A program made the translations under genes and the position numbers. From Anaerolineae bacterium (GTDB taxonomy: Bacteria; Chloroflexota; Anaerolineae; JAADDB01): a stretch of DNA of 64,000 nt. Positions 41,887-52,951 of the stretch are shown one piece after another (positions within the stretch are counted from its first letter, which is position 1; every line of letters starts with the position of its first letter). The stretch lies in contig WFWT01000038.1 in the NCBI GenBank assembly GCA_015490995.1, positions 25 through 64,024 on the forward strand. Reading direction: 5' to 3'. The notes below the pieces were generated by a model. That model was not told the origin of the DNA. It did no database searches and worked only from the letters and a program-made list of their open reading frames with translations.

Positions 41887-43400
41887 GCGGTGAGACCGTG
41901 GGCGGTATGTTTCTCACCCCGGAGGCTTCCTTCCGACGGGTGGTGCAAGAACATGAGGTCCGTAACGGGGTTCTGGTGGTTGGGGTGTCCGGCGGGGTAG
42001 ATTCGGTATGTCTGGCGCGGTTGTGCGTGGAGCTGGGCCCGACATACCACCTTCGGCCTCACTTTGTGCACGTCCACCACGGCATTCGGGGCCCTGAGGC
42101 CGACGCGGATGCCACCTTTGTGCGCGCATTGGGAGAGCGGTGGTCGATACCGGTAACGGTGGTGCAGGTAGACGTGCCGCGCGTGGCGGCAGCTCCGGGT
42201 GTTTCCCTGGAAGAAGCGGCCCGCCAGTGGCGGTATGCGGTGCTCGGCCAGGTAGCTGAACGGTTGGGCGCGCGGTGGGTGGCCGTGGCACACCACGCGG
42301 ATGACCAGGTGGAGACGGTGCTCATGCACCTCATCCGCGGGACTGGTTTGGCCGGTCTGCGCGGCATGTTGCCCGTTACGTGGTACGGCCACCTGCGGTT
42401 ACCCCTGGTCCCTCCCGCGCAACGCCCTCAGACGGGGCGGTTATGGCTGGTGCGCCCCCTGCTGTACACCCCACGCTCCGCCATCGAAACATGGGTGCAC
42501 GAGCGAGGCCTCACGTATCGCTTTGACCGCTCGAATCTGGATACCACGTACTTTCGGAACCGTCTTCGCCATGAAGTGCTTCCCATGTTAGCCCAAGTGA
42601 ACCCCCAAGTGCGACACGCGTTGTTTGCTCTGGCCGAGCTGGCTGTGGCCGACTTTGCCCTGTTGGAAGGGCTAAGCCGGGAGGCGTGGGCCGCCGTGTG
42701 GCGAGGTGAAGGGAACGGTTGGGTACGTTTTGACCTGGGCGCGTGGCGCGCTTTGCCTTTGGCTTTGCGTCGGGGTGTGTTGCGGGATGCCGTGCTTTAC
42801 CTGCGCCGTGAGCTGCGCGATGTTGGTTTTGAGCAGGTAGAACGCGCCCGTCGTTTCTTGGAGGATGCCCGCCACTCCGCAGGGAGTGAGTGCACTCTTC
42901 CGGCCGGCCTGACGGTACGGCGGGAATATAGCACCTTTCTGATAGCCAACCGGGATGTTGGGGGCGATGCGTGGGACGTGCCCCAAGTGCAGGAGGGCTT
43001 TCCCGTGCCGGGCCCTGGCGTGTACCCCCTGGACAACGGGTGGTATCTGACCGTTGGTCGGGTCCCACGAGAAGAGCTGGGCGACCGATGGCAACAAAAC
43101 CCGGACCGGTGGACTGCTTACTTCGACGCGGCGGCGTTGAGCTGGCCGTTGATGGTGCGTCCGCGACGACAGGGCGAGCGGATTGCCCTGTTGGGCATGG
43201 GGGGTAAACGCACTTTGATCAGCGACGTGTTAGCCAACGCCAAGATACCTCGTTGGACCCGTGACCGTTGGCCTGTGGTGGTGGATGCCCGGGAACGGGT
43301 GGTGTGGGTGGTAGGAGTTCGCCAATCTGAAGTGGGGCGTATTACAGACCACACCCGCACCGTGGTGGTCCTGACTGTACGCCCGCATCCGCCGGAATGA
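41883..43400 (+). CDS. tilS: tRNA(Ile)-lysidine synthetase
   Basis: It has the PP-loop VVGVSGGVDSVCLARL. The refined start MSGETVG overlaps (ATGA) the ubiB stop; the track ORF starts at 41784. Confidence 0.85.
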   Translation: MSGETVGGMFLTPEASFRRVVQEHEVRNGVLVVGVSGGVDSVCLARLCVELGPTYHLRPHFVHVHHGIRGPEADADATFVRALGERWSIPVTVVQVDVPRVAAAPGVSLEEAARQWRYAVLGQVAERLGARWVAVAHHADDQVETVLMHLIRGTGLAGLRGMLPVTWYGHLRLPLVPPAQRPQTGRLWLVRPLLYTPRSAIETWVHERGLTYRFDRSNLDTTYFRNRLRHEVLPMLAQVNPQVRHALFALAELAVADFALLEGLSREAWAAVWRGEGNGWVRFDLGAWRALPLALRRGVLRDAVLYLRRELRDVGFEQVERARRFLEDARHSAGSECTLPAGLTVRREYSTFLIANRDVGGDAWDVPQVQEGFPVPGPGVYPLDNGWYLTVGRVPREELGDRWQQNPDRWTAYFDAAALSWPLMVRPRRQGERIALLGMGGKRTLISDVLANAKIPRWTRDRWPVVVDARERVVWVVGVRQSEVGRITDHTRTVVVLTVRPHPPE

Positions 43401-43444
43401 AGTGACGCCCTGGTAGCACCGTCCGCTCTGAGGCCACCGGGAAA

Positions 43445-44704
43445 GTGGGGTATCATTGGAATAACATCATGGGTTTAGAAGGGCATCCGCACGGGGCTCC
43501 TGGGAAGGGGGATACAAGCGTGGGTACCGTTGTTCTCAAACGAGGCCGTGAGAAATCCGTCCTTCGCCGGCATCCCTGGGTGTTCTCCGGTGCGATTGCG
43601 CACGAAACACAAGTGGCACCGGGAGAGGTGGTGGACGTACGGGCGTATGACGGGTCGTTCCTGGCCCGGGGTTATTACAACCCCCATTCCCAAATTCGAG
43701 TCCGCCTGTTAACGTGGGATGAAGGGGAGCACATCACCCCGGATTTCTGGCGACAGCGCATCAGTCGAGCCTGGGCACGGCGTACCTCTCCTCTCGTGCG
43801 AAACACAGGCAACGCCTGGCGAGCCGTTCACGCGGAGAGCGATCACCTGCCAGGTCTTATCGTGGACGTGTATGGCGGGTGGCTGGTGGTGCAGGTGTTG
43901 GCCCTAGGCATCGAAGTTGTACTGGATACCATTGTCCAGGCGTTGGTGGATATCGCCCAACCCACCGGTATTTTGGAACGCAGCGACGTGGACGTCCGCA
44001 AGCAGGAAGGTCTTGCACCTCGGGTGCGCGTGCTGTGGGGCGAGCCCCCACCAGGACGGGTCGAAATTGAGGAGGGGGAGCATCGGTTTCTGGTAGACTT
44101 GTGGCGTGGTCAAAAGACCGGCTTTTACCTGGACCAACGGGTTAACCGGAAGGTGGTGGGACAGTGGGCTGCCGGCCGCCGGGTGTTAAACGCGTTTTCG
44201 TACACCGGTGGCTTTGGCGTGTACGCGCTCGCCGGTGGGGCTACCCATGTGGTAAACGTTGACACGTCGGCCGAGGCCCTGGCCCTGGCAGAGGTCAACT
44301 TGCGCCTGAACGGCTTTCCCCCTCATTGCTGGACTAACGAGGAGGGCAACGTGTTCCAGGTGTTACGTCGCTACCTGGAACAGGGGGAAAGCTTTGACAT
44401 GATAATCCTCGACCCTCCCAAGTTTGCCACTAGCCGCGCCACGCTGGAACGCGCGACCCGGGGCTACAAGGATATTAACCTGCTGGCCTTTAAATTACTG
44501 CGGCCCGGAGGCATTCTGGCGACCTTCTCCTGTTCTGGGCTGGTAGACCCGGAGCTGTTCCAAAAGATTATCTTCGCCGCGGCCGCAGATGCGGGAGTGG
44601 ATGGCCAGATTCTCACGTTTCTCCACCAAGCACCGGATCATCCGGTGTTGCTTACCTTTCCAGAAGGGCGCTACCTCAAGGGGTTTCTTATCCGCGTTTT
44701 GTGA
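43445..44704 (+). CDS. class I SAM-dependent rRNA methyltransferase, RlmI/RlmK-like (PUA-like N-terminus)
   Basis: It has the pattern VVLKRGREKSVLRRHPWVF and the SAM MTase motifs (VLNAFSYTGGFGV ... ILDPPKF). Confidence 0.8.
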   Translation: MGYHWNNIMGLEGHPHGAPGKGDTSVGTVVLKRGREKSVLRRHPWVFSGAIAHETQVAPGEVVDVRAYDGSFLARGYYNPHSQIRVRLLTWDEGEHITPDFWRQRISRAWARRTSPLVRNTGNAWRAVHAESDHLPGLIVDVYGGWLVVQVLALGIEVVLDTIVQALVDIAQPTGILERSDVDVRKQEGLAPRVRVLWGEPPPGRVEIEEGEHRFLVDLWRGQKTGFYLDQRVNRKVVGQWAAGRRVLNAFSYTGGFGVYALAGGATHVVNVDTSAEALALAEVNLRLNGFPPHCWTNEEGNVFQVLRRYLEQGESFDMIILDPPKFATSRATLERATRGYKDINLLAFKLLRPGGILATFSCSGLVDPELFQKIIFAAAADAGVDGQILTFLHQAPDHPVLLTFPEGRYLKGFLIRVL

Positions 44705-44803
44705 AATGGTCAGGGGATCAGGCAGGCCCAACGAACCTGGCATTGCCAAACGGTGTCTGACCAACGCTCATCAACATCTCGGCAACAGGACACGGGAGGG
44801 ATT

Positions 44804-45361
44804 ATGAGACCTCAGAAATGGCGTTTAGACCTGCTGGAGCCACTCATCACCGAGGAGCAATTGCAACGACGGGTGGCGGAACTGGGAGCTGAGATCTCCC
44901 GGGATTATGAGGGACGAGATCTGCTTTTGGTGGCCGTGTTGAAGGGCAGTGTGGTCTTTCTGGCCGACCTGATGCGCCACATTACTACGCCCCACAGCAT
45001 CGATTTCATGGCCACCAGCAGTTACGGCGCGGCCACGGAATCCTCCGGCATTGTGCGCATCCTAAAGGACCTGGACATGCCCATCACCGGCCGCAATGTG
45101 TTAATCGTGGAGGACATCGTGGACACCGGCCACACCCTCGCTTACTTACGTCGGCTCCTCCTGGAACGGGAACCGGCCTCATTGCGTGTCGTCACGTTGC
45201 TGGACAAACGGGAACGCCGGGAAGTCGATGTGCCGTTGGATTACGTAGGATTTGTGGTACCCAACGCGTTTGTGGTGGGATACGGGCTGGATTACGCAGA
45301 GCTTTACCGAAACTTGCCTTACATTGCGGTCCCTAAAGAGGGCTTTTTTGACGAGGAATAA
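44804..45361 (+). CDS. hpt: hypoxanthine phosphoribosyltransferase
   Basis: It has the PRTase motif VLIVEDIVDTGHT. The start was refined to MRPQKW, which has a GGGAGGG RBS. Confidence 0.9.
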   Translation: MRPQKWRLDLLEPLITEEQLQRRVAELGAEISRDYEGRDLLLVAVLKGSVVFLADLMRHITTPHSIDFMATSSYGAATESSGIVRILKDLDMPITGRNVLIVEDIVDTGHTLAYLRRLLLEREPASLRVVTLLDKRERREVDVPLDYVGFVVPNAFVVGYGLDYAELYRNLPYIAVPKEGFFDEE

Positions 45362-45454
45362 GCAGGTCATCGACGCAAAGGATCCCTGTCACAACCATGC
45401 ACGTGGCCGTAGGACCAACGTGACAGGAAGGAGAACAAGGGAGGCTAGCGCACG

Positions 45455-46675
45455 GTGAAGAGGCAAAAGGTCTATCGGTGGTGGCTGGTGGTGTGGTTGG
45501 GGTGGTTGTTTGCCGCCTTTTGGCGCGTGCCCGAGGTACGTGCTCAAGATGGTCAACCCTGTCCCACGCCGGCAACGTACACGGTTCAGCCGGGAGATAC
45601 GCTTTCCGCGATCGCAGCCCGTTTTGATACCGACGTCACCACCTTGCTCACCCTCAACAACCTGTCCGATCCGGATTACATCTTCGTGGGCCAGACATTG
45701 CGGCTACCGTGTCCGATAACGGCGCCAGTGCAGACGGTCGCGGCAGCCCTGGCCGGGATTGTGGCCGGCCAGGGAATGCCGCGCGTGCAAGGGGAGGGAT
45801 GGATAGCCTGGTGGCAAGCACAGGCGGCTGCCCGCCAGCAATTGCAGGAAACAGTGCCTGGGCTTACCGTTCGTTGGGCCCCTGTGGCGCCTGTGCCTGG
45901 GGAGACGGTGGTCGTGCGGCTCCGGCCTGCCCCGTCTGAGGTGTCGGTGATGACGCCCACCGTGCGTGTTCTGGACACGTGGTACCCTATGACAGAGGTG
46001 GAGGATGGCTTTATCGCTTTTGTGCCCCTACACGGCTTCGTCCAGCCCGGCCTGTTGGGCATTACCGTGGGGCTCCAGGTGACCGCTAACATGACCACAA
46101 CCGTAGACCTGCCCGTTTGGGTGCAGGAGAAGGCTTTCCGTGTGGAATACATCACTTTGCCCCCCGGAAAGGGGGCTCTGCTTGACCCGATGTTGGTGCG
46201 ATCTGAGTTAGAACGTCTGGCCGTCATCTGGCAGCAGGCCACAGGGCCGCCCATGTGGACGAAGCCCTTCCAATGGCCGCTGGATCCGGAGGTGTGGCCC
46301 ACTACCGCTCCTTACGGTAACCGACGGTCGTACAATGGTGGCCCTGTGCGCAGTTACCACACGGGGCAGGACATCGCTGCGCCGGAAGGAACGCCGGTAC
46401 GGGCGCCGGCGCCGGGTGTGGTGCTCATGGCCGACCGTTTGGACGTGCGGGGGTTTGGCATTGTCATCGGTCATGGCGCGGGAGTCACCAGCAATTATTG
46501 GCATCTGTCCGCCCTGGCCGTGGAACCTGGCCAGCGTGTCGCGGCCGGGGATGTGATCGGGTATGTGGGAACGACCGGCCTGTCCACCGGCGCGCACTTG
46601 CATTGGGAGATACGCGTGCACGGCGTGCCGGTCGACCCGGCCCTGTGGACGCGTCCCCGTCCTCTGTGGCCGTAG
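45455..46675 (+). CDS. LysM domain-containing M23 family peptidase
   Basis: It has a signal peptide, a LysM domain (YTVQPGDTLSAIAARF ... VGQTLRLP) and an M23 domain (HTGQDIAAP ... GLSTGAHLHWEI). It uses a GTG start with a GGAGG RBS. Confidence 0.9.
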   Translation: MKRQKVYRWWLVVWLGWLFAAFWRVPEVRAQDGQPCPTPATYTVQPGDTLSAIAARFDTDVTTLLTLNNLSDPDYIFVGQTLRLPCPITAPVQTVAAALAGIVAGQGMPRVQGEGWIAWWQAQAAARQQLQETVPGLTVRWAPVAPVPGETVVVRLRPAPSEVSVMTPTVRVLDTWYPMTEVEDGFIAFVPLHGFVQPGLLGITVGLQVTANMTTTVDLPVWVQEKAFRVEYITLPPGKGALLDPMLVRSELERLAVIWQQATGPPMWTKPFQWPLDPEVWPTTAPYGNRRSYNGGPVRSYHTGQDIAAPEGTPVRAPAPGVVLMADRLDVRGFGIVIGHGAGVTSNYWHLSALAVEPGQRVAAGDVIGYVGTTGLSTGAHLHWEIRVHGVPVDPALWTRPRPLWP

Positions 46676-46766
46676 CCCCCCGTTCGGCAAGGCACCGCCG
46701 GCCACCTGCCAACGGCATGGGCCGCCTGTTCCGTACGGTGCATAAACCCGTGCAGGAGGGGAAGTC

Positions 46767-47969
46767 ATGTCCCAAACGTATCGCTTTGACACGCGAGTGG
46801 TCCACAGCGGTCGCCGGCAACCGTTGCCCAACTTCTATCCCACCGTCCCCCCGATTTACCTGACCACGACCTTCGCGTATCCAGAATATCGGGAAACGGA
46901 CGCGGTGTTCTTCCACCAACGTGACGGCTATGTGTACAGCCGGTATGGCACCCCCACTCACCGTGCCCTGGAAAGCGCGGTGGCGGACTTGGAAGGGGGA
47001 GATGTCGCCTTCTGTACGGCCTCAGGCATGGCCGCGGTGCACCTCGCGCTGCTGGCCGCCGGCGTGGGGCGCGATGTGCCCGTGCTGTTGGCCCAGGACG
47101 TGTACGGTTCCAGCCTGACGTTGGCGACCCGGGTGCTGGCCCGGTTAGGTGTGCCGGTCTATACAGTGGATGTTGGAGATATGACCGCTGTGCGTCGGCA
47201 GTTGGACACGGTGCGGCCCGGGGTGGTCTTCTTTGAGGTGATCTCGAATCCCCTCACTAAAGTGGCCGACGTGCCCACGCTTATCGAGTGGGCCCACGCG
47301 GTGGGGGCGCGAGTGGTGGTGGACAACACCTTTACGACGCCGTTCCTGTTTCGTCCCCTTGAACACGGCGCGGACTTTGTGGTGCATTCTGCGACCAAAT
47401 ACCTCTCCGGACATGGCGATGTACTGGCAGGTGTGGTGGTGACCCGTAAGGAGTACGCCTCTCAGGTTGAAACGTTGCTTCGCCAAGTGGGTAGCACGTT
47501 GGGGCCGATGGAGGCGTGGCTTGTTTACCGGGGGCTGAAAACCCTGGCCCTCCGTTTTCCGCGACAATGCGAAAACGCGCAGCGCATTGCCACGTTTCTG
47601 CAGACACACCCCCGCGTCGCGCGGGTGTATTATCCCGGCTTGTCCGACCATCCCGATCACGAACGGGCAACGCACCTTTTCGGTGGCCGCTATTACGGCG
47701 CGATCGTAGCCTTTGAGATCGCCGGCGCGGGTCAGGAGGAGGTGTTCCGCTTTTTGGACAGTCTGAAGCTGTGTTTGCCGGTGACGACCCTGGGAGATAT
47801 TTACACCACCGTGCTGTATCCCGCGCGCAGCTCACACCACTATCTGACCGATGAGGAACGCGAAGCCCTGGGTATCGGCCTCGGTTTGGTACGTCTGTCC
47901 GCCGGTATCGAGAATGGGGAAGACCTGATCGAAGACCTCGCCCACGCGCTGGCCCAGGTAGCGTCATGA
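46767..47969 (+). CDS. Cys/Met-metabolism PLP-dependent enzyme (cystathionine gamma-synthase / methionine gamma-lyase family)
   Basis: It has the PLP-lysine region VVHSATKYLSGHGDVLAGVVV and a fold-type I pattern. Confidence 0.85.
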   Translation: MSQTYRFDTRVVHSGRRQPLPNFYPTVPPIYLTTTFAYPEYRETDAVFFHQRDGYVYSRYGTPTHRALESAVADLEGGDVAFCTASGMAAVHLALLAAGVGRDVPVLLAQDVYGSSLTLATRVLARLGVPVYTVDVGDMTAVRRQLDTVRPGVVFFEVISNPLTKVADVPTLIEWAHAVGARVVVDNTFTTPFLFRPLEHGADFVVHSATKYLSGHGDVLAGVVVTRKEYASQVETLLRQVGSTLGPMEAWLVYRGLKTLALRFPRQCENAQRIATFLQTHPRVARVYYPGLSDHPDHERATHLFGGRYYGAIVAFEIAGAGQEEVFRFLDSLKLCLPVTTLGDIYTTVLYPARSSHHYLTDEEREALGIGLGLVRLSAGIENGEDLIEDLAHALAQVAS

Positions 47970-49471
47970 CACCTGTGGATGTACTGGTAGGGCTGGATGT
48001 GGGGACGACCTCGGTGAAGGCCGTGGCCTTTGCGCCGGCCGTGCGTTCTGTGGTGGCAGTGGTAGGCCGCCCTACTCCCAAGGTGTCTCCCCGCTCGGGT
48101 TGGCACGATTTCCCGCCGGAAGCCCTGTGGTCCACCGTCTTGGAGGTGCTTCAAGCACTGGTGGAGCGCCTGCAGGCAGAATACCGTCCCATCGCCCTGG
48201 GCATCGCCAGCGTAGGGGAAGCGGGCCTCCCTCTGGACGCGCATGGACGTCCTCTTTATCCCATCATTGCTTGGTTTGACCCGCGTGGTGGGGAGTACAT
48301 TGGGCAGTGGCAGGCCGACCTGGATGCCCGCTGGTTGTACATGGTAACCGGCCACCATACCCGCTCAATTTACACCGCGTTCAAGTTGCTGTGGTTGCGT
48401 GACCACGTGCCGGAAGTTATGCATAACATGGCACACTGGTTGTTTGTGGCCGATTTCATTGCGTTTCGGCTCACCGGTTGTATGGCTACTGTGCCTACCC
48501 TGGCCGCACGTTCTTTGCTCTACGATGTCATCCACCATCGTTGGCATCCGGAGTTGTTGGCACGGGTTGGTTTAACCGTCGAACACATGCCTCCGGTACG
48601 GGCCGCCGGTGAGGTGATAGGGTTGCTGGCACAGGAGGTTGCCAAGCGTACAGGGCTGCCATCGCGCTTGCCGGTAACCATCGCCGGACATGACCATCCG
48701 GTGGGGATGGTGGTAGCCGGTGTGCAGGAACCGGGCATCATTGTGGATTCCAGTGGGACGGCCCAAGCCATCGCGGCATGGAGCGCGCGTTTCGTGGGTG
48801 ATGAAGGGTTTTCTGCCGGACTGACATGTTACCCGGCCACGGTGGGAGGGGGGTATCTCGTCCAGGGAGGCATGGCCACGGCAGGGGCTGCCCTTGAGTG
48901 GCTGGCCCGACTGATCACCGCCGGTGACGTGGACGCGTTGCTCCGATTGGCGGCTACGGCCCCTCCGGGGGCGCGGGGCGTGGGATGGATACCCTTCTTG
49001 AGAGGGGCAGGCACACCGTACCGGAAAAGCACTGCGCGTGCCCTCTTTTATCACCTGGACTTGGACCATGGCCCGGCCGACATGGCGCGGGCTCTGGTCG
49101 AGGGCTTGGCCTGTTTCTTGGCCGAGAATGTGGACCGCATCGCGCCCTTTTTGCCCCAACCGGTACGAGAAATCCGGGCCATTGGCGGCAGCAATCGGGA
49201 ACGGTTCGTGTTACAGGTGAAAGCCAGCATGACCGGATATCCCCTGCGGCCTGTGGACATTCCCGAAGCAGTGGGGGTGGGCGCGGCCTGCATCGCCGGA
49301 CTTAGTGTGGGCTGGTGGACCGACCTCCAGGATATTGCCCAAAACGTGCCGATCGTGCCCGACCCGGTGCTGCCCGAGCCCACATGGCAGGAGGTATACC
49401 GCGACCTCCGGAAACGGTATGCTTACTGGGTGCAGGCCGCTCTCGCGGCTCCTGGCGCGCCTTCTTCCTGA
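47966..49471 (+). CDS. FGGY family carbohydrate kinase (xylulokinase/glycerol kinase-like)
   Basis: It has the N-terminal pattern VLVGLDVGTTSVKAVAF and the FGGY N and C domains. Its start overlaps the stop of the upstream gene (ATGA). Confidence 0.85.
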   Translation: MTPVDVLVGLDVGTTSVKAVAFAPAVRSVVAVVGRPTPKVSPRSGWHDFPPEALWSTVLEVLQALVERLQAEYRPIALGIASVGEAGLPLDAHGRPLYPIIAWFDPRGGEYIGQWQADLDARWLYMVTGHHTRSIYTAFKLLWLRDHVPEVMHNMAHWLFVADFIAFRLTGCMATVPTLAARSLLYDVIHHRWHPELLARVGLTVEHMPPVRAAGEVIGLLAQEVAKRTGLPSRLPVTIAGHDHPVGMVVAGVQEPGIIVDSSGTAQAIAAWSARFVGDEGFSAGLTCYPATVGGGYLVQGGMATAGAALEWLARLITAGDVDALLRLAATAPPGARGVGWIPFLRGAGTPYRKSTARALFYHLDLDHGPADMARALVEGLACFLAENVDRIAPFLPQPVREIRAIGGSNRERFVLQVKASMTGYPLRPVDIPEAVGVGAACIAGLSVGWWTDLQDIAQNVPIVPDPVLPEPTWQEVYRDLRKRYAYWVQAALAAPGAPSS

Positions 49472-49699
49472 AACGCTCCCCGGCGATCACCGACGTGGCC
49501 CCCTATCAGATCGGTGGTGGCTCGCGTGTTTGATCAACGCACCCATTGGTAGGGCGCGGCATCGCTCAACTTTTAAGACCTCGTGCATGGGGGGCACCCG
49601 TGAGAAAAAGGGTTCTTGAGGAGGAAATACCGTAATGGGAGTGGAGAAAAAAGCGATACCCCCGATCCGCCGGGCTTGTTAGAGTGTTACATAAGGTGT

Positions 49700-51402
<1,703 letters not shown>

Positions 51403-51566
51403 CCGCGCACGAGGTGCACGTTCGACAGGGCGGTGGAGAGTTTGCCCTGTAGGGCGCCACCGCCCATTCATGGATTCAGCGTAAAGGTTGGGTGCGGGAC
51501 GGTGTCACCCTTCAGCAGCTTCCCAAGGGATGGTAGTAGGGCTCATTCTCCTCAGGCTAAGCGCGC

Positions 51567-52190
51567 ATGAGGCAGCAACGGGGAGTGTCCGAAGAACAGT
51601 TGGTCCAGGCAGCCAAGCGCGGGGACCTGGCCGCATTTAACCGGCTGGTGCTCATGTATCAGCAACAGGTGTACAACATCGCCTACCGTTTGTTAGGGGA
51701 TCCAGAAGCGGCAGCCGACGCCACGCAGGATGCTTTCCTCAAGGCCTATGAACGTCTTCACCAGCATCGAGGAGGATCTTTCCGCGCCTGGCTGCTGCGC
51801 ATTGTCACTAACACCTGTTATGACCAGCTGCGCAAACAACAACGGTATCCTACCCAATCCCTGGACAATCTGTATTCGGACGCAGCCGACTCGACCGTAG
51901 AGTCTGACCGTTTGCCCGAGTGGCAGAGTGATGCAGCTTCGCCTGAAGAGATGGCCCTTCGGCATGAGGTGTTTCGCGTTATCCAGGAGGGGTTGCTCTC
52001 CCTATCCCCGGAGCATCGCACCATTATTGTGTTGAGCGACATCGAGGGATTAAGTTACGAGGAAATCGCGGTGGTGTTAAACATTCCGATAGGTACGGTG
52101 AAATCGCGTTTGAGCCGAGCACGGGCACGACTGCGGGACTACCTGCGCACTCATCACGCGGAACTCCTGCCGGAGGCATACCGTCTGTAA
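51567..52190 (+). CDS. ECF (sigma-70 family, group 4) RNA polymerase sigma factor
   Basis: It has region 2 (FNRLVLMYQQQVYNIAYRLLGD ... DATQDAFLKAY) and region 4 (VVLSDIEGLSYEEIAVVLNIPIGTVKSRLSRAR). Confidence 0.9.
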   Translation: MRQQRGVSEEQLVQAAKRGDLAAFNRLVLMYQQQVYNIAYRLLGDPEAAADATQDAFLKAYERLHQHRGGSFRAWLLRIVTNTCYDQLRKQQRYPTQSLDNLYSDAADSTVESDRLPEWQSDAASPEEMALRHEVFRVIQEGLLSLSPEHRTIIVLSDIEGLSYEEIAVVLNIPIGTVKSRLSRARARLRDYLRTHHAELLPEAYRL

Positions 52191-52207
52191 GGTAGCTTGG
52201 CACGAGA

Positions 52208-52927
52208 ATGAGGAGTACAAAGGGCATGCTGCGACAACGGGAACGTCATGTGGATACAGAGACGCTGAGCTTGTATATCGACCGTCGGCTGGCCCCTTCG
52301 GTCCATGAGCAGGTCGCTCGGCACCTGACGCGGTGCCAGCGCTGCCGTGATGACTACGAATCCTTACGCCAGACGGTACACCTGTTGCGGTCTATGCCTC
52401 GGGTGGCGGTGCCTCGGGCCTTCACCCTGAGTGAAGCGGACATTCGCACGCGTCAGTCTTCCCGCGCCGCGTGGGGATGGATGCAATGGGCTACTGCGCT
52501 GGTAGCCGCGCTGCTGGCGTTGATGGTTAGCCTGGATATCTTTGTGCAGACGATCTTTACCCCCCCGGCTGCGCCACCTCCTCAGGTCATGGATGCTTTC
52601 CAGGCAGCTGAGGCCCCTAGTGAGACTCCGGTATCCCAGGCGGTGCAGGAAACCCCGGCTGTCAAGGCACGCTCGCGTCAGGAACCGCGGTCTCTGGGAA
52701 ACGAGGTGATGGTAGCACCGGCACAAGCCCCTGTTGCGCCTGAGCAAGAGGTGTCTGTGACCCCTTTGGCGACGACAACACTTCCGGACACCCCGTCAAC
52801 ACAGCCATCACCTGCTGGCCCCCGGCCCTTTGGCTGGCCCCCATATCGATGGGCAGAGGTTCTTTTAGCCGTCCTCTTGGTGGGTCTCCTTATCCTTCAA
52901 CGGACACACCGTGCGCGTTCTGGATAG
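52208..52927 (+). CDS. anti-sigma factor, zinc-binding (ZAS: HxxxCxxC) with one TM helix and a Pro-rich extracytoplasmic tail
   Basis: It has the ZAS motif HLTRCQRCRD, a TM helix (WMQWATALVAALLALMVSL) and a downstream Pro/Ala/Gln-rich region. An alternative start is MLRQRER at ~52226. Confidence 0.7.
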   Translation: MRSTKGMLRQRERHVDTETLSLYIDRRLAPSVHEQVARHLTRCQRCRDDYESLRQTVHLLRSMPRVAVPRAFTLSEADIRTRQSSRAAWGWMQWATALVAALLALMVSLDIFVQTIFTPPAAPPPQVMDAFQAAEAPSETPVSQAVQETPAVKARSRQEPRSLGNEVMVAPAQAPVAPEQEVSVTPLATTTLPDTPSTQPSPAGPRPFGWPPYRWAEVLLAVLLVGLLILQRTHRARSG

Positions 52928-52951
52928 TTGGCCTTCTCAGGTGCGTCATCG

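Noticed and set aside
41676-42392. 238-aa minus-strand ORF across the ubiB/tilS junction
   Set aside because: It is antisense to both genes and has no RBS.
47332-48135. 267-aa minus-strand ORF across the metB-family/FGGY junction
   Set aside because: It is an antisense shadow ORF.
51428-51465. Hairpin (9-bp GC stem, 20-nt loop) after proS as an intrinsic terminator
   Set aside because: There is no U-tract downstream and the loop is unusually long. It may be a structured RNA element or a Rho-dependent site, but I cannot call a terminator.
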